From Octopus bimaculoides (taxonomy: Eukaryota): DNA of 49,225 bases. Positions 11,500 through 22,418 of the stretch are shown in pieces. A program made the position numbers and the translations under genes. Position 1 is the first letter of the stretch. Every line of letters starts with the position of its first letter. The stretch is taken from assembly GCF_001194135.2 (NCBI RefSeq), contig NC_068981.1, forward strand, positions 33,782,444 to 33,831,668, given 5' to 3'. A model generated the notes under the pieces. The model was given only the letters and a program-made list of their open reading frames with translations, did no database searches and was not told where the DNA came from.

Positions 11500-12070
11500 T
11501 TGTCGCACACCATAAGGTTCAACGGAACCTACTGAAGCATGCCAGCACGCTTGCGGCATTACTATTGTCTTACCGTCTAAATGCTGGTCGTTTTGCTCGT
11601 CACACCGAGCTAAATCTAATCATTAAGCGGGCCTTGGGTCTGATTAATATCCCCTCAGTTTTGGAGCCGGTGGGATTATCCAGAAGTGATAGAAAGTGAC
11701 CAGATGTCTCTCTCTGCCTAGGTAAGAGGTCACTGCCACGTCTGGAACACCACAGCCTGTGACTCCTTTGCTTCTTCCCACATCCTGGGTGCTGCGGTAA
11801 ATAGGAGGGTCACTGCTTCCGTAGCCGAACGAAACAAAACCTTGAAGTATCGGTACTTGGCAGTGAACTGTCTCTTCCAGCCTGTGACGTTTGGAGGGGC
11901 TGGACGAGGTTCTTGTCATCGTTGGCTGTTCGCCAGGTATCAGGTGATACCCGTGAGGGTGCTTGGTTTTCCTAATACCTTAGCTTCGCTATCGCCCGAT
12001 TTAATGCTACGATCGTGCTGGCTTGCTTCTGTAGGTTCAGTTGAAGCACTTGGTGCTGCATTGATGTTTT
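11500..12070 (+). mobile_element. RLE-clade (CRE-like) non-LTR retrotransposon 3' fragment
   Basis: LSYRLNAGRFARHTELNLIIKRAL...PSVLEPVGLSRSDRK*PD...AERNKTLKYRYL...LFQPV matches a degenerate Zn-knuckle plus PD..D restriction-like endonuclease pattern. Confidence 0.72.
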
Positions 12071-12529
12071 GTGTGTGTATTTAGTATGATATACAGGTGA
12101 TGATTTTAATTCAATACAGTTTCAATTGCATACACTGAATATTTATACAGCCTGGCAAACTTCCGCATAGCCAGTGAAAGTTTCATTAACTGTTTCTTAT
12201 ATATCGAAGCACGAATTTTGTTTAAGTGATGATTGGGAGTACGACATTGTCAAACCTCAAAAAAGTAAAATGCATCTGTCGTTTTCGTGAATCAATGCAG
12301 CGGCAATGTTCGTCTCAGTCCGACTGTGTTTTTAGCACCACAAGTTGAGGAAAAGGTTTCACCTCAGACATTTTCACATCATCTTGCCTTCTAACGGTGT
12401 GTATGCATTTAATATGATACATAGACGACATTTTAAATATAATGCTGTTTCAATTGCGTACATTGAATTTTACACTCAGTTTTATTTTCATGCTATTGTT
12501 TTTAATTATCGTTTTACGGTTTAATCGAA

Positions 12530-12880
12530 GGCAGTGGCTATAACTTTCGCTGCTTCTCCGATCTATACAAGTTATGTTCAACTTCAAAAAAATACACTGG
12601 CAAGAAGGCAATGTCGTTTCGAAACTGTTGGTCTTTACTTGTCAGCTCCCGTATTTAGCCACAGCCAGCTTTATGTGAATTTAAGTCGTACAAGAGGGAA
12701 GGAAACCTTTAGAATTCTTTTGAAGGAAACAAGCAAACAAGGGATGTTGGTTGCGGATAGATTTTTCGCAAAAAATTTGTTCATAAAAGAATTATTAAAC
12801 TAAAAACTTGGTTTTGTACTTTATTTTATATATAAAATACTCCAACTAGTTGTCATTTTTGACGGCACGGGGCCAGCTAG
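12530..12880 (+). mobile_element. Helitron 3' end (helicase C-terminus plus CTAG terminus)
   Basis: FETVGLYLSAPVFSHSQLYVNLSR (consensus VGLYLP.PVFSHGQLYVALSR); short GC hairpin ggcacggggcc, then CTAG 12877-12880 followed by T. Confidence 0.85.
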
Positions 12881-13232
12881 TAATGATATAACCTGCATAA
12901 GAGAGCGAGTGTTGTTGGAAATGTGAAGGTGCAACGAAGGTCAATATCGTTTGCATAGGACTATGTATTGTAATGGAAGAAAGAAATGCTCTCAATTTTC
13001 TACTATAATTCCATTCGCGTTTAGAATGTTGAGTGGTACTTTATTTTATCAACTAGGGAAGGATGGAAGATAAAACTGGCTTCAATAGGATTTGAATTCA
13101 GAATGTAAAGGGTCGCAACAAAACAGTGCCCTGCTTTTTAGCAGACGCTTTAATGATTTGGTTTAGTTGGTCGTTAATATGCCCAGAAGAGTGTAAGAGT
13201 TCTTACTGAACATTTGGAGTTTCAATGTGTGT

Positions 13233-13268
<36 letters not shown>

Positions 13269-13878
13269 GGAGATTAAAAGAGAAAAAGATTTAAATTTTC
13301 ATTATACTTGAAAAAAATTGGGGTGGTCACGACTAGATTGACTTCGATCCTAAATTTGCTTGATAATGGGGCTGATTTAGGGATAAACAACAACTCTGAA
13401 TCATGTGCAGCAAATAATAACAAAATAAACAGAAGCCTAAGTGATGCTTTGATTTGTTAGAAATAGTAACCAAATCTCTCAAATTACAACCAAAAATCTT
13501 AGTAAAAAGAATAACAAATCATGCGGTCACGAGGGAACTGTGACGGGAAAAATGGGATGGTCACAGTTGAAATGTCTTTGATCACAGGTTTTTCGGAACT
13601 TTAGCTTATCAATGCCCGCTGATTCTGGGATGAAAACACATAATTCTATTAATGGCCGAGGTACCTAGCAAAACATCTCACTTTTGTAAATACTATGAAC
13701 ACACTAAATGAATACGTGTTCAGTTATCTTGCAAAGCTGAGTTCATCTTTCCGCAACACTAACGCAGCCAGTACGAAGTCTTCAACAGTGTTCGTTGAAC
13801 TGGACAGGGTGGAATTAGCCATAATTTTTTTTTTTTTCATCTAGTTAAATTTTATGTGAATTACTCGATGTAAATTCG

Positions 13879-14004
13879 GGTAAATTTTCAGATTAACACG
13901 CGCACGATTTTCACTAGGGTGTTAGGATTAGGGAATTGCGTCCCTAACCCTAATACCCTAACACTGTAGTGAAAATCGTGTGGGTGTTAATCTGAAAATT
14001 TACC
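13879..14004. mobile_element. Merlin-like MITE with telomeric repeats, copy 1
   Basis: TIR GGTAAATTTTCAGATTAACAC; perfect 8-bp TSD TAAATTCG (13871-13878 and 14005-14012). Confidence 0.85.
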
Positions 14005-14193
14005 TAAATTCGAATCAGTTTGAATACAATCCTATTTGTCATCATTCCGATTCTAGCAAAAATTATGGTCGTGACAGCTAATAAATGCCGTGTACAGTTA
14101 TTATTAGAGTCATCTCCCTTGATACTTTTTTTTATTTTATTTTTCTCAATTAATAATTTCAAGAAAGACAACTTTAGGAAATTGCTTTAAATA

Positions 14194-14203
14194 TTTTGGC
14201 GCG
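14194..14203 (+). promoter_or_regulatory. E2F-type element TTTTGGCGCG in the putative CDC7 promoter
   Basis: Exact TTTSSCGC consensus; a good donor TTG|GTAAGT at 14347 could end a non-coding first exon; CDC7 is an established E2F target in mammals. Confidence 0.5.
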
Positions 14204-14976
14204 ACATCTCTTATCATTTCGGTCGCTACGGTAATAACAGCTGAGGGAGATTCTATCCTCTTTTACTCTGTTCGTATTTCTCCATAATCTCCACGAATTT
14301 CGTTACTCCGTAGGCAATATTATTTAATATCTTTCGTAAAAAGTTGGTAAGTTCTATTTTTCGGTCATCTTGAATTCAAAATTTACTATTCTTAGTACTT
14401 AACATTCTTGTCCATACTCCGATTTGTTAAATACCATAATATATGTTTTCTTTGTTTAATGTTAATTTTTTTTGACGATATCATTTTATCTTTATTGTTT
14501 TCCTTGTAATTGGTATAATGAAAAAGGAATTATGTTTGTAACTCAAATATTAATACATAAATGTAAATCGACATTTTTTTCTGTTGACAAAATTATCACA
14601 TTTATAATACGTGAAATAATAAATCTAGTCGTTTAAGTCACATGTTTTGTTGAACTGCCAGTCTAAAGTCTTTCTTTGTACAACTTTTTTAAGGACATCT
14701 ATTTCTGAAGTAAACATATACAGTTTCTCGAGTACTAGACATAAAAACTATACTGTTATTGCTGTGGAGTCAAAGTAGAACAGAAAGAAAGAAAGAAAGA
14801 AAAAAAAAAAAATACGGTTGGTGGGTGGAGTTTTAAACTTTATTTTTGAACAGAATTTTACGCATAAAGACAGGCAGTATTAGTTTTATGGCATGTCTGA
14901 AGACCTATCACACTTTTATAAGTTGTAGTGTGATATTATAAGGTAAGTAGCAGAATCGTTACGTCAGACAGAATAC

Positions 14977-15121
14977 GGTAAATTTTCAGATTAATACCCG
15001 CACGATTTTCACTAGGGTGTTAGGGTTACGGTTAGGGTTTTAGGGTTAGGGAATTCCGTCCCTAACCCTAACCCTAAACACCCTAGTGAAAATTGTGCGG
15101 GTGTTGATCTGAAAATTTACC
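14977..15121. mobile_element. Merlin-like MITE with telomeric repeats, copy 2
   Basis: Same TIR; perfect 8-bp TSD CAGAATAC (14969-14976 and 15122-15129); TTAGGG and CCCTAA arrays in the stem. Confidence 0.88.
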
Positions 15122-15131
15122 CAGAATACTT

Positions 15132-15237
15132 ACTACTACTTAAATACAGAGGTCCCGACGCATCTACCGAACCCTAATCTATAACGAGTGTGCACTGTAA
15201 AAACTTTGCGTCGGGACCTCTATATTTAAGTAGTGCC
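15132..15237. mobile_element. Second MITE family (TIR GGCACTACTTAAATATAGAGGTCCCGACGCA; left end degenerate)
   Basis: About 28-bp inverted repeat; flanks GAATACTT and TAATACTT (7/8 match). Confidence 0.7.
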
Positions 15238-16347
15238 TAATACTTTACGGTATTTGTTCAAGTATTTTATGTTTTTGGTTCAAATCCTGTCGAGGTCAAC
15301 TTTGTTTTCCATCCTCCTCTGGCCAATTAGGATCTGTTCTCCCTCAAATTTCTGGCCTTGTACCTAATTTATTAAGAAACGAGATGGATTGGCGGACTTG
15401 TAAAGCGTCGAACAAAATGCTTTGCTGTATTTTTTCAGGCTCTTGATGTTTTAGGTTCAAATCCCGTCCTGGCCAACATTTCCTTTCATCCTCCTAGGGT
15501 TGATAAATGAAGTGCCAGTCAAGTTCTGTGGTTGAATATAACCGACGGTTCCCCTCTTTAGAAATTTCTAGCCTTATCTCTAAATTAGAAACAATTGCTT
15601 TATGTTTTCGACGCTTTCTTGCTAGTTCCTACTACACCAACTGGCGAACCCCTATTCCTGACGTGTGATCAGTATTGTGTAATCCTGTGTTAGAGTTTTG
15701 CTTTGCTGTGGTGATTGGTTCGTTATTTCTTGTGTTTGTGAGTCTTCTGTTTTGTAGAATATATATACTGTGAATTGTGTTATGTTGGGTAGTGAATATA
15801 TTTTGTATGTGTCGTGTTATTGGCGTTATGCGATTTAGTGTCGCACAGTAATATTATTTTACTTGTACCAGGCATTTGACTACGGCCATGCTGGAGCACT
15901 GCCTTCAATGCATTTTTTTGAAAAAATTTTAACTGGGGTGGAGGGGTGAAATAAATTTTTTTTTGTATATTCGTAATCTCCGACATCTAAAATGTAGGAA
16001 TACGAAAACAAATTTTTTTTTTAATGCATTTTACAAGGGGAGGTACGAAATTGCATTAGCCCCCTTTTTTTAGTTGAACAAATCGACCCCAGCGCTTATT
16101 CTATGTAAGCCTAGTATTTATTCCATCAGTCTGTTTTGCTGAACCACTAAGCTGGTTGTCAAGCGGTAATGGGGGACAAACACACACACTCACAAGACTT
16201 TGGTCAGCCTGAGGCTATAGTAAAAGGCACTTGCCCAAAGTGCCACGCAGTGGGACTGAACACAGAACTGTGTGGTTGAGAAGCAAGCTTCTTACCACAC
16301 AGCCATTGTGTATAGTCTATGGTGATGTGTGTGTAGAATGGGAGTAG

Positions 16348-16720
16348 TCATCATCATCATTTAACGTCCGCTTTCCATGCTAGCATGGGTTGGACGATTT
16401 GACTGAAGATTGGTAAGCTAGAAGGCTGCACCAGGCTCCAATCTGATTTGGCAGAGTTTCTACAGCTGGATGCCCTTCCTAATGCCAACCATCCCAAGAG
16501 TGTAGTGGGTGCTTTTACGTGCCACTGGCACGAAGGCCAGTCAGGCGGTACTGGCAACGGCCACGCTCAAAATGGTGTATTTTACGGGCCACCTGCACAG
16601 GAGCCAGTCCAGCGGCACTGGCAATGATCTCACTCAAATGTCTTTTCACATTCCACTGGCACAAGTGCCAGTAAGGTGATGCTGGTAACGATCACGCTCA
16701 AATGGTGCTATTTACGCGTT
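16348..16720 (-). mobile_element. RTE 3' end with several 3'-UTR modules
   Basis: Family core plus repeated gccagtaccgcctgactggc modules. Confidence 0.85.
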
Positions 16721-17566
16721 GTTGGTATTACAGTTTTCTTCTGTTTATTTCTTGTCAGGAAGGAAAGCAATGTCCATGACCGGTTATAGGGCCTCTGAGG
16801 CTGGAAGGGAGGTGGGATGAAGATATCTTTGTAACAGAAACCTGTTCTGAATGCTTATAAGAGAGTGGACTCTGTGAAACGCTCTGCACAAGGTATTAGA
16901 TGATAGTGTTAAAACTGGTCAGCTGGTTGTGTATGTAGTCAGTAGGTTACAGTGGAATTTGAACTCGGAACGTAAAGAACTAGACTAAATACTGCAAGGC
17001 ACCTAACCCAACATTCTTACAGTTCAGCCAATCCACTGCTCTTGATTAGTACTCTATTATCAACTCTGAAAGATGAAATACAAAGATGACCATGGTAGGA
17101 GTTGAACTTGGAATGCAGAGAACTAGATCAAATACCATAAAGAATTTTGTCCGGCAGTCTAATGACTCTGTTTTCCAGGTATCAAATATGTAAGGGTGAG
17201 TTCTGATCATGTAGAGCAGGGTTTTCACAACAGTTTTTTTTTTTTATCAACTGACTCCTTTAATTACTATTTTGTTCTGATGGACCCCAATAGCTATTTC
17301 ATGTTTAAAACTAGTTTTATAGATACTTCTTTCAAAATTTCTGTTTTGTTCATCAGACATTCACTTGTGTAGGTTGAACCATGTATAATGTGAGAGAAAG
17401 AAACCTAGAAATATAACTTTTTGGTTTTTCAGTGAATGACTCTGTGTTTTAAGGATTAAACTGCTTTAAGTCATAGTATGAGTGCATATATCTTTTCAGT
17501 TTTTATTTTTAATTTGTTTCTTGTTGATACAAACCAACCATTACTGACTTATTAGTGGAGGCATGT

Positions 17567-18090
17567 GGCCTAGTGGCTAGGATGTTGGACTCCTGGTTAT
17601 AAGATTGTGGTTTCAATTCTTGGACTGGATGATGCTGTGTATTCTTGAGCAAAACACCTCATTTCACATTGTTGCAGTCCACACATCATCATCATCATCG
17701 TTTTACATCCACTTTCCATGCTAGCATGGGTTGGGCGATTCGACTGAGGACTGGTGAACCAGATGGCTACACCAGGCTCCAATCTGATTTGGCAGAGTTT
17801 CTAAGGCTGGATGCCCTTCCTAACGCCAACCACTCTGAGAGTGTAGTGGGTGCTTTTACGTGCCACCAGCACGAAGGCCAGTCAGGCGGTACTGGCAACG
17901 GCCATGTTCAAAATGGTGTATTTTATGTGCCACCTGCACAGGAGCCAGTCCAGAGGCACTGGCAATGACCTCGCTGACTAATCCTGTGATGGACCAGTAT
18001 CCCATCCAAGGGGTAAATCTATATAAGCCACAGAAACTGGGAAACCGGCCCTTATGAGTTCATAAGGCTCAAGAAGGGGGCTTTATCCAT
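17567..18090 (+). mobile_element. tRNA-derived SINE interrupted by the RTE at 17684-17975; related minus copy at about 8345-8550
   Basis: A-box tggcctagtgg and B-box-like ggtttcaattc; body cctgtgatggaccagtatcccatccaagggg...cagaaactgggaaaccggccc. Confidence 0.65.
17684..17975 (-). mobile_element. RTE 3' end nested in a tRNA-SINE
   Basis: Family core; the host SINE continues on both sides. Confidence 0.8.
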
Positions 18091-18292
18091 ATACTGACTT
18101 ATTAATCCTGGTAACTATTTTATTAATTAACTATACAAAGGACAACATTGTCGTGAATATTTCTCTAAATATACTGACTATTGAAAGGAAAACAATTTAA
18201 TTTTGGATTGTTATGTTACTCCTAAAAATATTAAGTGCTGTACTGTAAATCTTTCACTCATAGTTTACCAGTCTGAAGTAAGAAACTAAAAA

Positions 18293-18344
18293 ATGTCCAC
18301 TTCTACTGACAACAAGGATGAGTTACCTGCTGAGGAAATGCCAG
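18293..18344 (+). CDS. CDC7: CDC7 coding exon 1 (MSTSTDNKDELPAEEMP)
   Basis: ATG with A at -3 and an in-frame TAA two codons upstream; donor CAG|GTATGT; phase 1 matches exon 2. The N-terminus is not conserved, so support is structural only. Confidence 0.7.
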
Positions 18345-18904
18345 GTATGTTAAAGCTTTACTTGTTCATTTTTAGTTAATCTTCAGATTAAATCTGTAAT
18401 ATGATATATTGGATATTCTGTGTTTAAAGCTATGTAAAATGTTTTTGTTTTATGTGGTATCCATTTATTTCAGTGCTTATGAGTGTAGTTAGAGAGAAAA
18501 ACTTTACCTAATAAAAGCTTTGGTGATGGGTTGTTGTGAACATTTGTGGAAAGAAAACTCCTTTGTTAATTAAAACATACTTATTAGTTGAAAATGGAGA
18601 AATATAGAATCTGACAATTTATCCCTCAGATTGTTCACAGCAGTTTTCTGTTGTTTTTTCTTCTATCTTCTAGTCTTGGATTTGCTGTTCGCATCCATTG
18701 GTAACTTGGACAAATATACATATAAAATCAGTGCTGCATAAGTTATTAAATGTAGAAGCTCCAAATTATTTGTAGCTTCTACATTGTATACGCCTGCACA
18801 CACACACACCCCGGGTGTTTGGGCTAGATTTAACAGTTTGCATAAAAGGAAAAGAAAACACAATATCTCATCCCAAAATAAAAGAATTTTAAAAAAAATA
18901 AGAA

Positions 18905-19400
18905 GATAACAACTAAATTATTGCTGGGAGATAACAGTTTACTAAAAGTATTTGCCCTCAACTTCCACCACAGCCTCATAGTGACTGCAGAATCTGGCAC
19001 AGGAGTTCCTCACATGTCCCTGGGAAGATCTTTTGACACTTCTTTGATCTTGGCCACTAGCCTGGCCTTGGAGTTTCTGGCGAAGCAGTTGGTGTCTTTC
19101 TCAACCATGTCCTACACTTAGTAATCCATGGGATTACAATTGGGAAAATTAGGAGGCCTAAAATTGGGGCTGATGAAGTTGTAGAAATTCTCCAACAACC
19201 ACTTCTGATTCTTTCCAGAGGTGTGGCAAGGAGCTAAATCCTGCTCCTACACATTTCCTTTTCTAGCAGCAACCCTCTCCAGCTAGGGATTGATCATAGT
19301 CTCCAGTAGCTTCACATAGCCATCTGAATTGAGCCTAAGCCCCTGTTCAAAGATGTGGGATGAATTCCAGTGTGTGGAAACAATCAGAATGCCTGCTGCA
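18905..19400 (-). mobile_element. maT-type (DD37D) transposase fossil
   Basis: EQDLAPCHTSGKNQKWLLENFYNFISPNFRPPNFPNCNPMDY: 37 residues between the two Asp; ends EAVVEVEGKYF. Confidence 0.85.
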
Positions 19401-19731
19401 TCTCTTCTGCTGGCCATGGCTTTGTAGTCTCCACTACAACTGTCCATCTCAAGTCTTACAGCATTTTCAGGGTTCACAGAATGGTGAGTAGCAGTCATCA
19501 TGTTGGAATTTTGATAGCTGGGTGTGAATCATCATGACACAGGAAACTTTTCCAGCATCCAGATGATTTATATCTATACGTACCCGCATGGGAAGAAGTT
19601 TGCTTCCAAACTGCATGGTTCTGGGTTCAATCCCATTGCATGGCACCTTGGGCACGTGTCTTCTACTGTAACCTCAGGCCAACCAAAGCTTTGTGAGTGG
19701 ATTTTGTAGATGGAAACTGAAAGAAGCCTGT

Positions 19732-19739
<8 letters not shown>

Positions 19740-19804
<65 letters not shown>
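19740..19804. repeat. (AT)n microsatellite
   Basis: Direct reading. Confidence 0.95.
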
Positions 19805-19806
<2 letters not shown>

Positions 19807-20040
19807 TCATCATCATCATTGTTTAATGTCTGCTTTCCATGCTGGCATGGGTTGGACAGTTTAACTGAAAACTGGTAAGCCAAGAGGCTGCACCAGGCTC
19901 CAATCTGATCTGGCAAGGTTTCTACAGCTGAATGCCCTTCCTAATGCCAACCACTGCGAGAGTGTAGTGTAGTGGGTGCTTTTTATGTGCCACCGGCACG
20001 TGGGCCAGTCTGGTGGCACTGGCATTGACCATGTGTTTTT
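19804..20040 (-). mobile_element. RTE 3' end
   Basis: (cat)n tail next to (AT)n; family core. Confidence 0.8.
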
Positions 20041-20354
20041 GTCCCTCACCAGTGCTGGTATGTTTGTGTTCCTGTAACTTAGAGATTTGGCAAAAGGGAC
20101 CAATAGAATAAGTACCAGGCTTTAAAAAAAAATTATTAGGGTCAATTTATTTGACATAAAATTCGTCAAGGAAGTGCCCCAGCATGGCTACAGTTAAAAA
20201 AAAAACAGCTTGTACATACATGCTTAGATAGATGTATGGTTGACATTGATTGATGGAAGCTTACGGTGATATTCTAATGTTAATTGTTTTAACAATCAGG
20301 TAAATTCATAATTATGATTAAAATTCTGTTTTTTTTTTTTTTATATATATACAG

Positions 20355-20441
20355 AACATATACGAACAGAGATTGAAAAGTTGTATGGGTTTCTCCCGGA
20401 ACTTAAAAAGTATTTTCAAGTTATCAAAAAGATCGGTGAAG
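20355..20441 (+). CDS. CDC7: CDC7 exon 2 (EHIRTEIEKLYGFLPELKKYFQVIKKIGEG)
   Basis: tacag acceptor after a poly-T tract, G|GTATTT donor; matches human [25 protein letters not shown]. Confidence 0.95.
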
Positions 20442-20599
20442 GTATTTATAATTTTTCATGATAATTCTTAGCATTTGAAAGAACATGTGATAACAAAAAA
20501 CAACAAAAGAACAAAGCAAAAAACAAACTTTGTTCCTGTTATACAAATTCTAATGAATTTCATTTAGCCATGTCTTTGAATCGTTGTACGGTGATAATT

Positions 20600-21030
20600 T
20601 TTAGCAAGTGGAGGTGTGATTACAGACTGGCTGTGTAATATGTTGATTAAAATAAAAAAGTGCTGATCTCTAACTGTGGAGGGAACCTGTGGAAGAGGTA
20701 GACCCAAGAAGACATGGGACAAGGTGGTGAAGCATGATCTTTGAACATTGGGCCTCACAGAGCCAATGACAAATGACCAAGACCCGTCAAGCCAAGTGGA
20801 ACCATAGTCGTAGCCAATGCTGGTGTCACATAACAGGCACTCGTGTCAGTGGCACATAAAAAGGACCCATTACACTCTTGGAGTGGTTGGCGTTAGGAAG
20901 GACATACAGCCGTAGAAAGCATGCCAAATCAGATTGGAACCTGGTGCAACTCCCCATCTTACCAATTTCAGTCAAATCGTCTAACCCATGCCAGCATGGA
21001 AAGCAGATACTAAATGATGATGATGGTTAT
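20600..21030 (+). mobile_element. RTE LINE ORF2 C-terminus plus 3' UTR and tail
   Basis: Reads LTVEGTCGRGRPKKTWDKVVKHDL*TLGLTE, then the family tail. Confidence 0.8.
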
Positions 21031-22418
21031 GATTATTATGAAGAAAACCAGTTTGGATGACCTGATTTATATTTATAAATGTCTCTTGTGGGGTAATGCC
21101 AATAATTTCTGCCTAAACAAATCAATGATTCATTAGTAGCTGATTGAATAAAGCATTTCAATATTTTTTCTTGTCACCGGTGCCATATGTAATGCACCCA
21201 TGCCAGTGCCATGAGTAAAGCACCTGTACTGGTGCCATGTGTTAAGCACCCATGCTGGCGCCACGTAAAAAACACCCAGTACCCTCTGTAAAATGGTTAG
21301 GGTAAAAACCATACCAAAACAAACAGTTGGAGCCTAATACAGTTCTCTGACTGGCAAGCTCCTGTTGAATTGTCCAACCCATGCCAGCATGGAAAATGGA
21401 CATTAAATGATGATGATGTCTTCAACTGTAAACAGTTCTTGTTTAGCCATCGGACAGTTCTAATCAATGATGCCTGTGTATGAAGTGTGATTTTGTATGG
21501 TAGCAAGAAATGGGGCCTGAATATGGAAATAATTTGTTGTGGCAGATTTTCTATGGCTGGATGTCCTTCCTGTTCCCTATAGTTGGACATGTTTTCACAC
21601 AAGATTGGAAACAAAGGACACTGCTTGCAAGACATTAACATCATTGTCGTCATTGTTTAATGTCTGCTTTCCATGCTGGCATGGGTTTGACGGTTTGACA
21701 TGGAGCTGACTAGCAGAGAGATGTCTGGACTCCAACTGTCTGTTGTGACATGGTTTCTAAGGCTCAATGGCCCTCTTAATGTTAACCACTTAGCAGTGTG
21801 CTGGGTGCTTTTTACATGCCACTGGCATGGGTACAGTAATGCAGCATCGGCATGGGTGCTTTTTAAGTGACACCGGCACCTGAAAGGACAAGCCTATATA
21901 TGTGGAAGACAGCAATTTTACTTAGCTTGATCCATCTTACTAAGTACAGCAAATCGCCACATCTCTGGGCCCCTTGTCATTTCTTCAGCGAGGCCCAGTG
22001 TTCAAAGATTCTTTCCCACTACTTCGTCTCACATCTTCCTGGGTCTACCCCTTCCACAGGTAACATTTGTTTATAACTATCATTTGATATCAAAACAAGG
22101 AGATACAAACACACACACACACACACAAGATTTGTAGAAAATCTGCCTCGACAATTTCCATTTGACCCAAGTGATTATGGAAAAGTGGATGCTAAATGAT
22201 GATGATGATCCATCTCTCATCTACTTGACATCACTTAATCCTGAAGATCTTAAGAGAAAAAAAGAAAGACGTTAAGAACATAAGGATAATCTATCATCTC
22301 ACATGAGAAATTAATAAATGTTGCCTTAATTATTTATTGTTGATACATAAATAGGGATATCACTTCATTTTCTTTAAACCTAATTTAATATAATGAGTAA
22401 ATAAATTTTCAATTACAG

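Noticed and set aside
13724-13822. 32-aa minus-strand ORF (MANSTLSS...) as a first exon or uORF
   Set aside because: No homology and no usable donor before the stop; cannot be supported.
14943-14948. Strong donor AAG|GTAAGT as the CDC7 5'-UTR exon end
   Set aside because: It sits at the start of a SINE remnant with no clear acceptor or TSS; the 14347 donor fits better, though this one is not excluded.
14977-15121. Ancient telomere fusion site
   Set aside because: TIRs, an 8-bp TSD and a second copy show it is a transposon.
15134-15235. CACTA-superfamily call for the second MITE
   Set aside because: No 2-3-bp TSD; extending the end to GG gives a 7/8 match 8-bp TSD instead.
19170-19187. Hammerhead core CTGATGA...GAAA
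   Set aside because: No stem II can form, and it lies on the antisense strand of maT transposase coding sequence.
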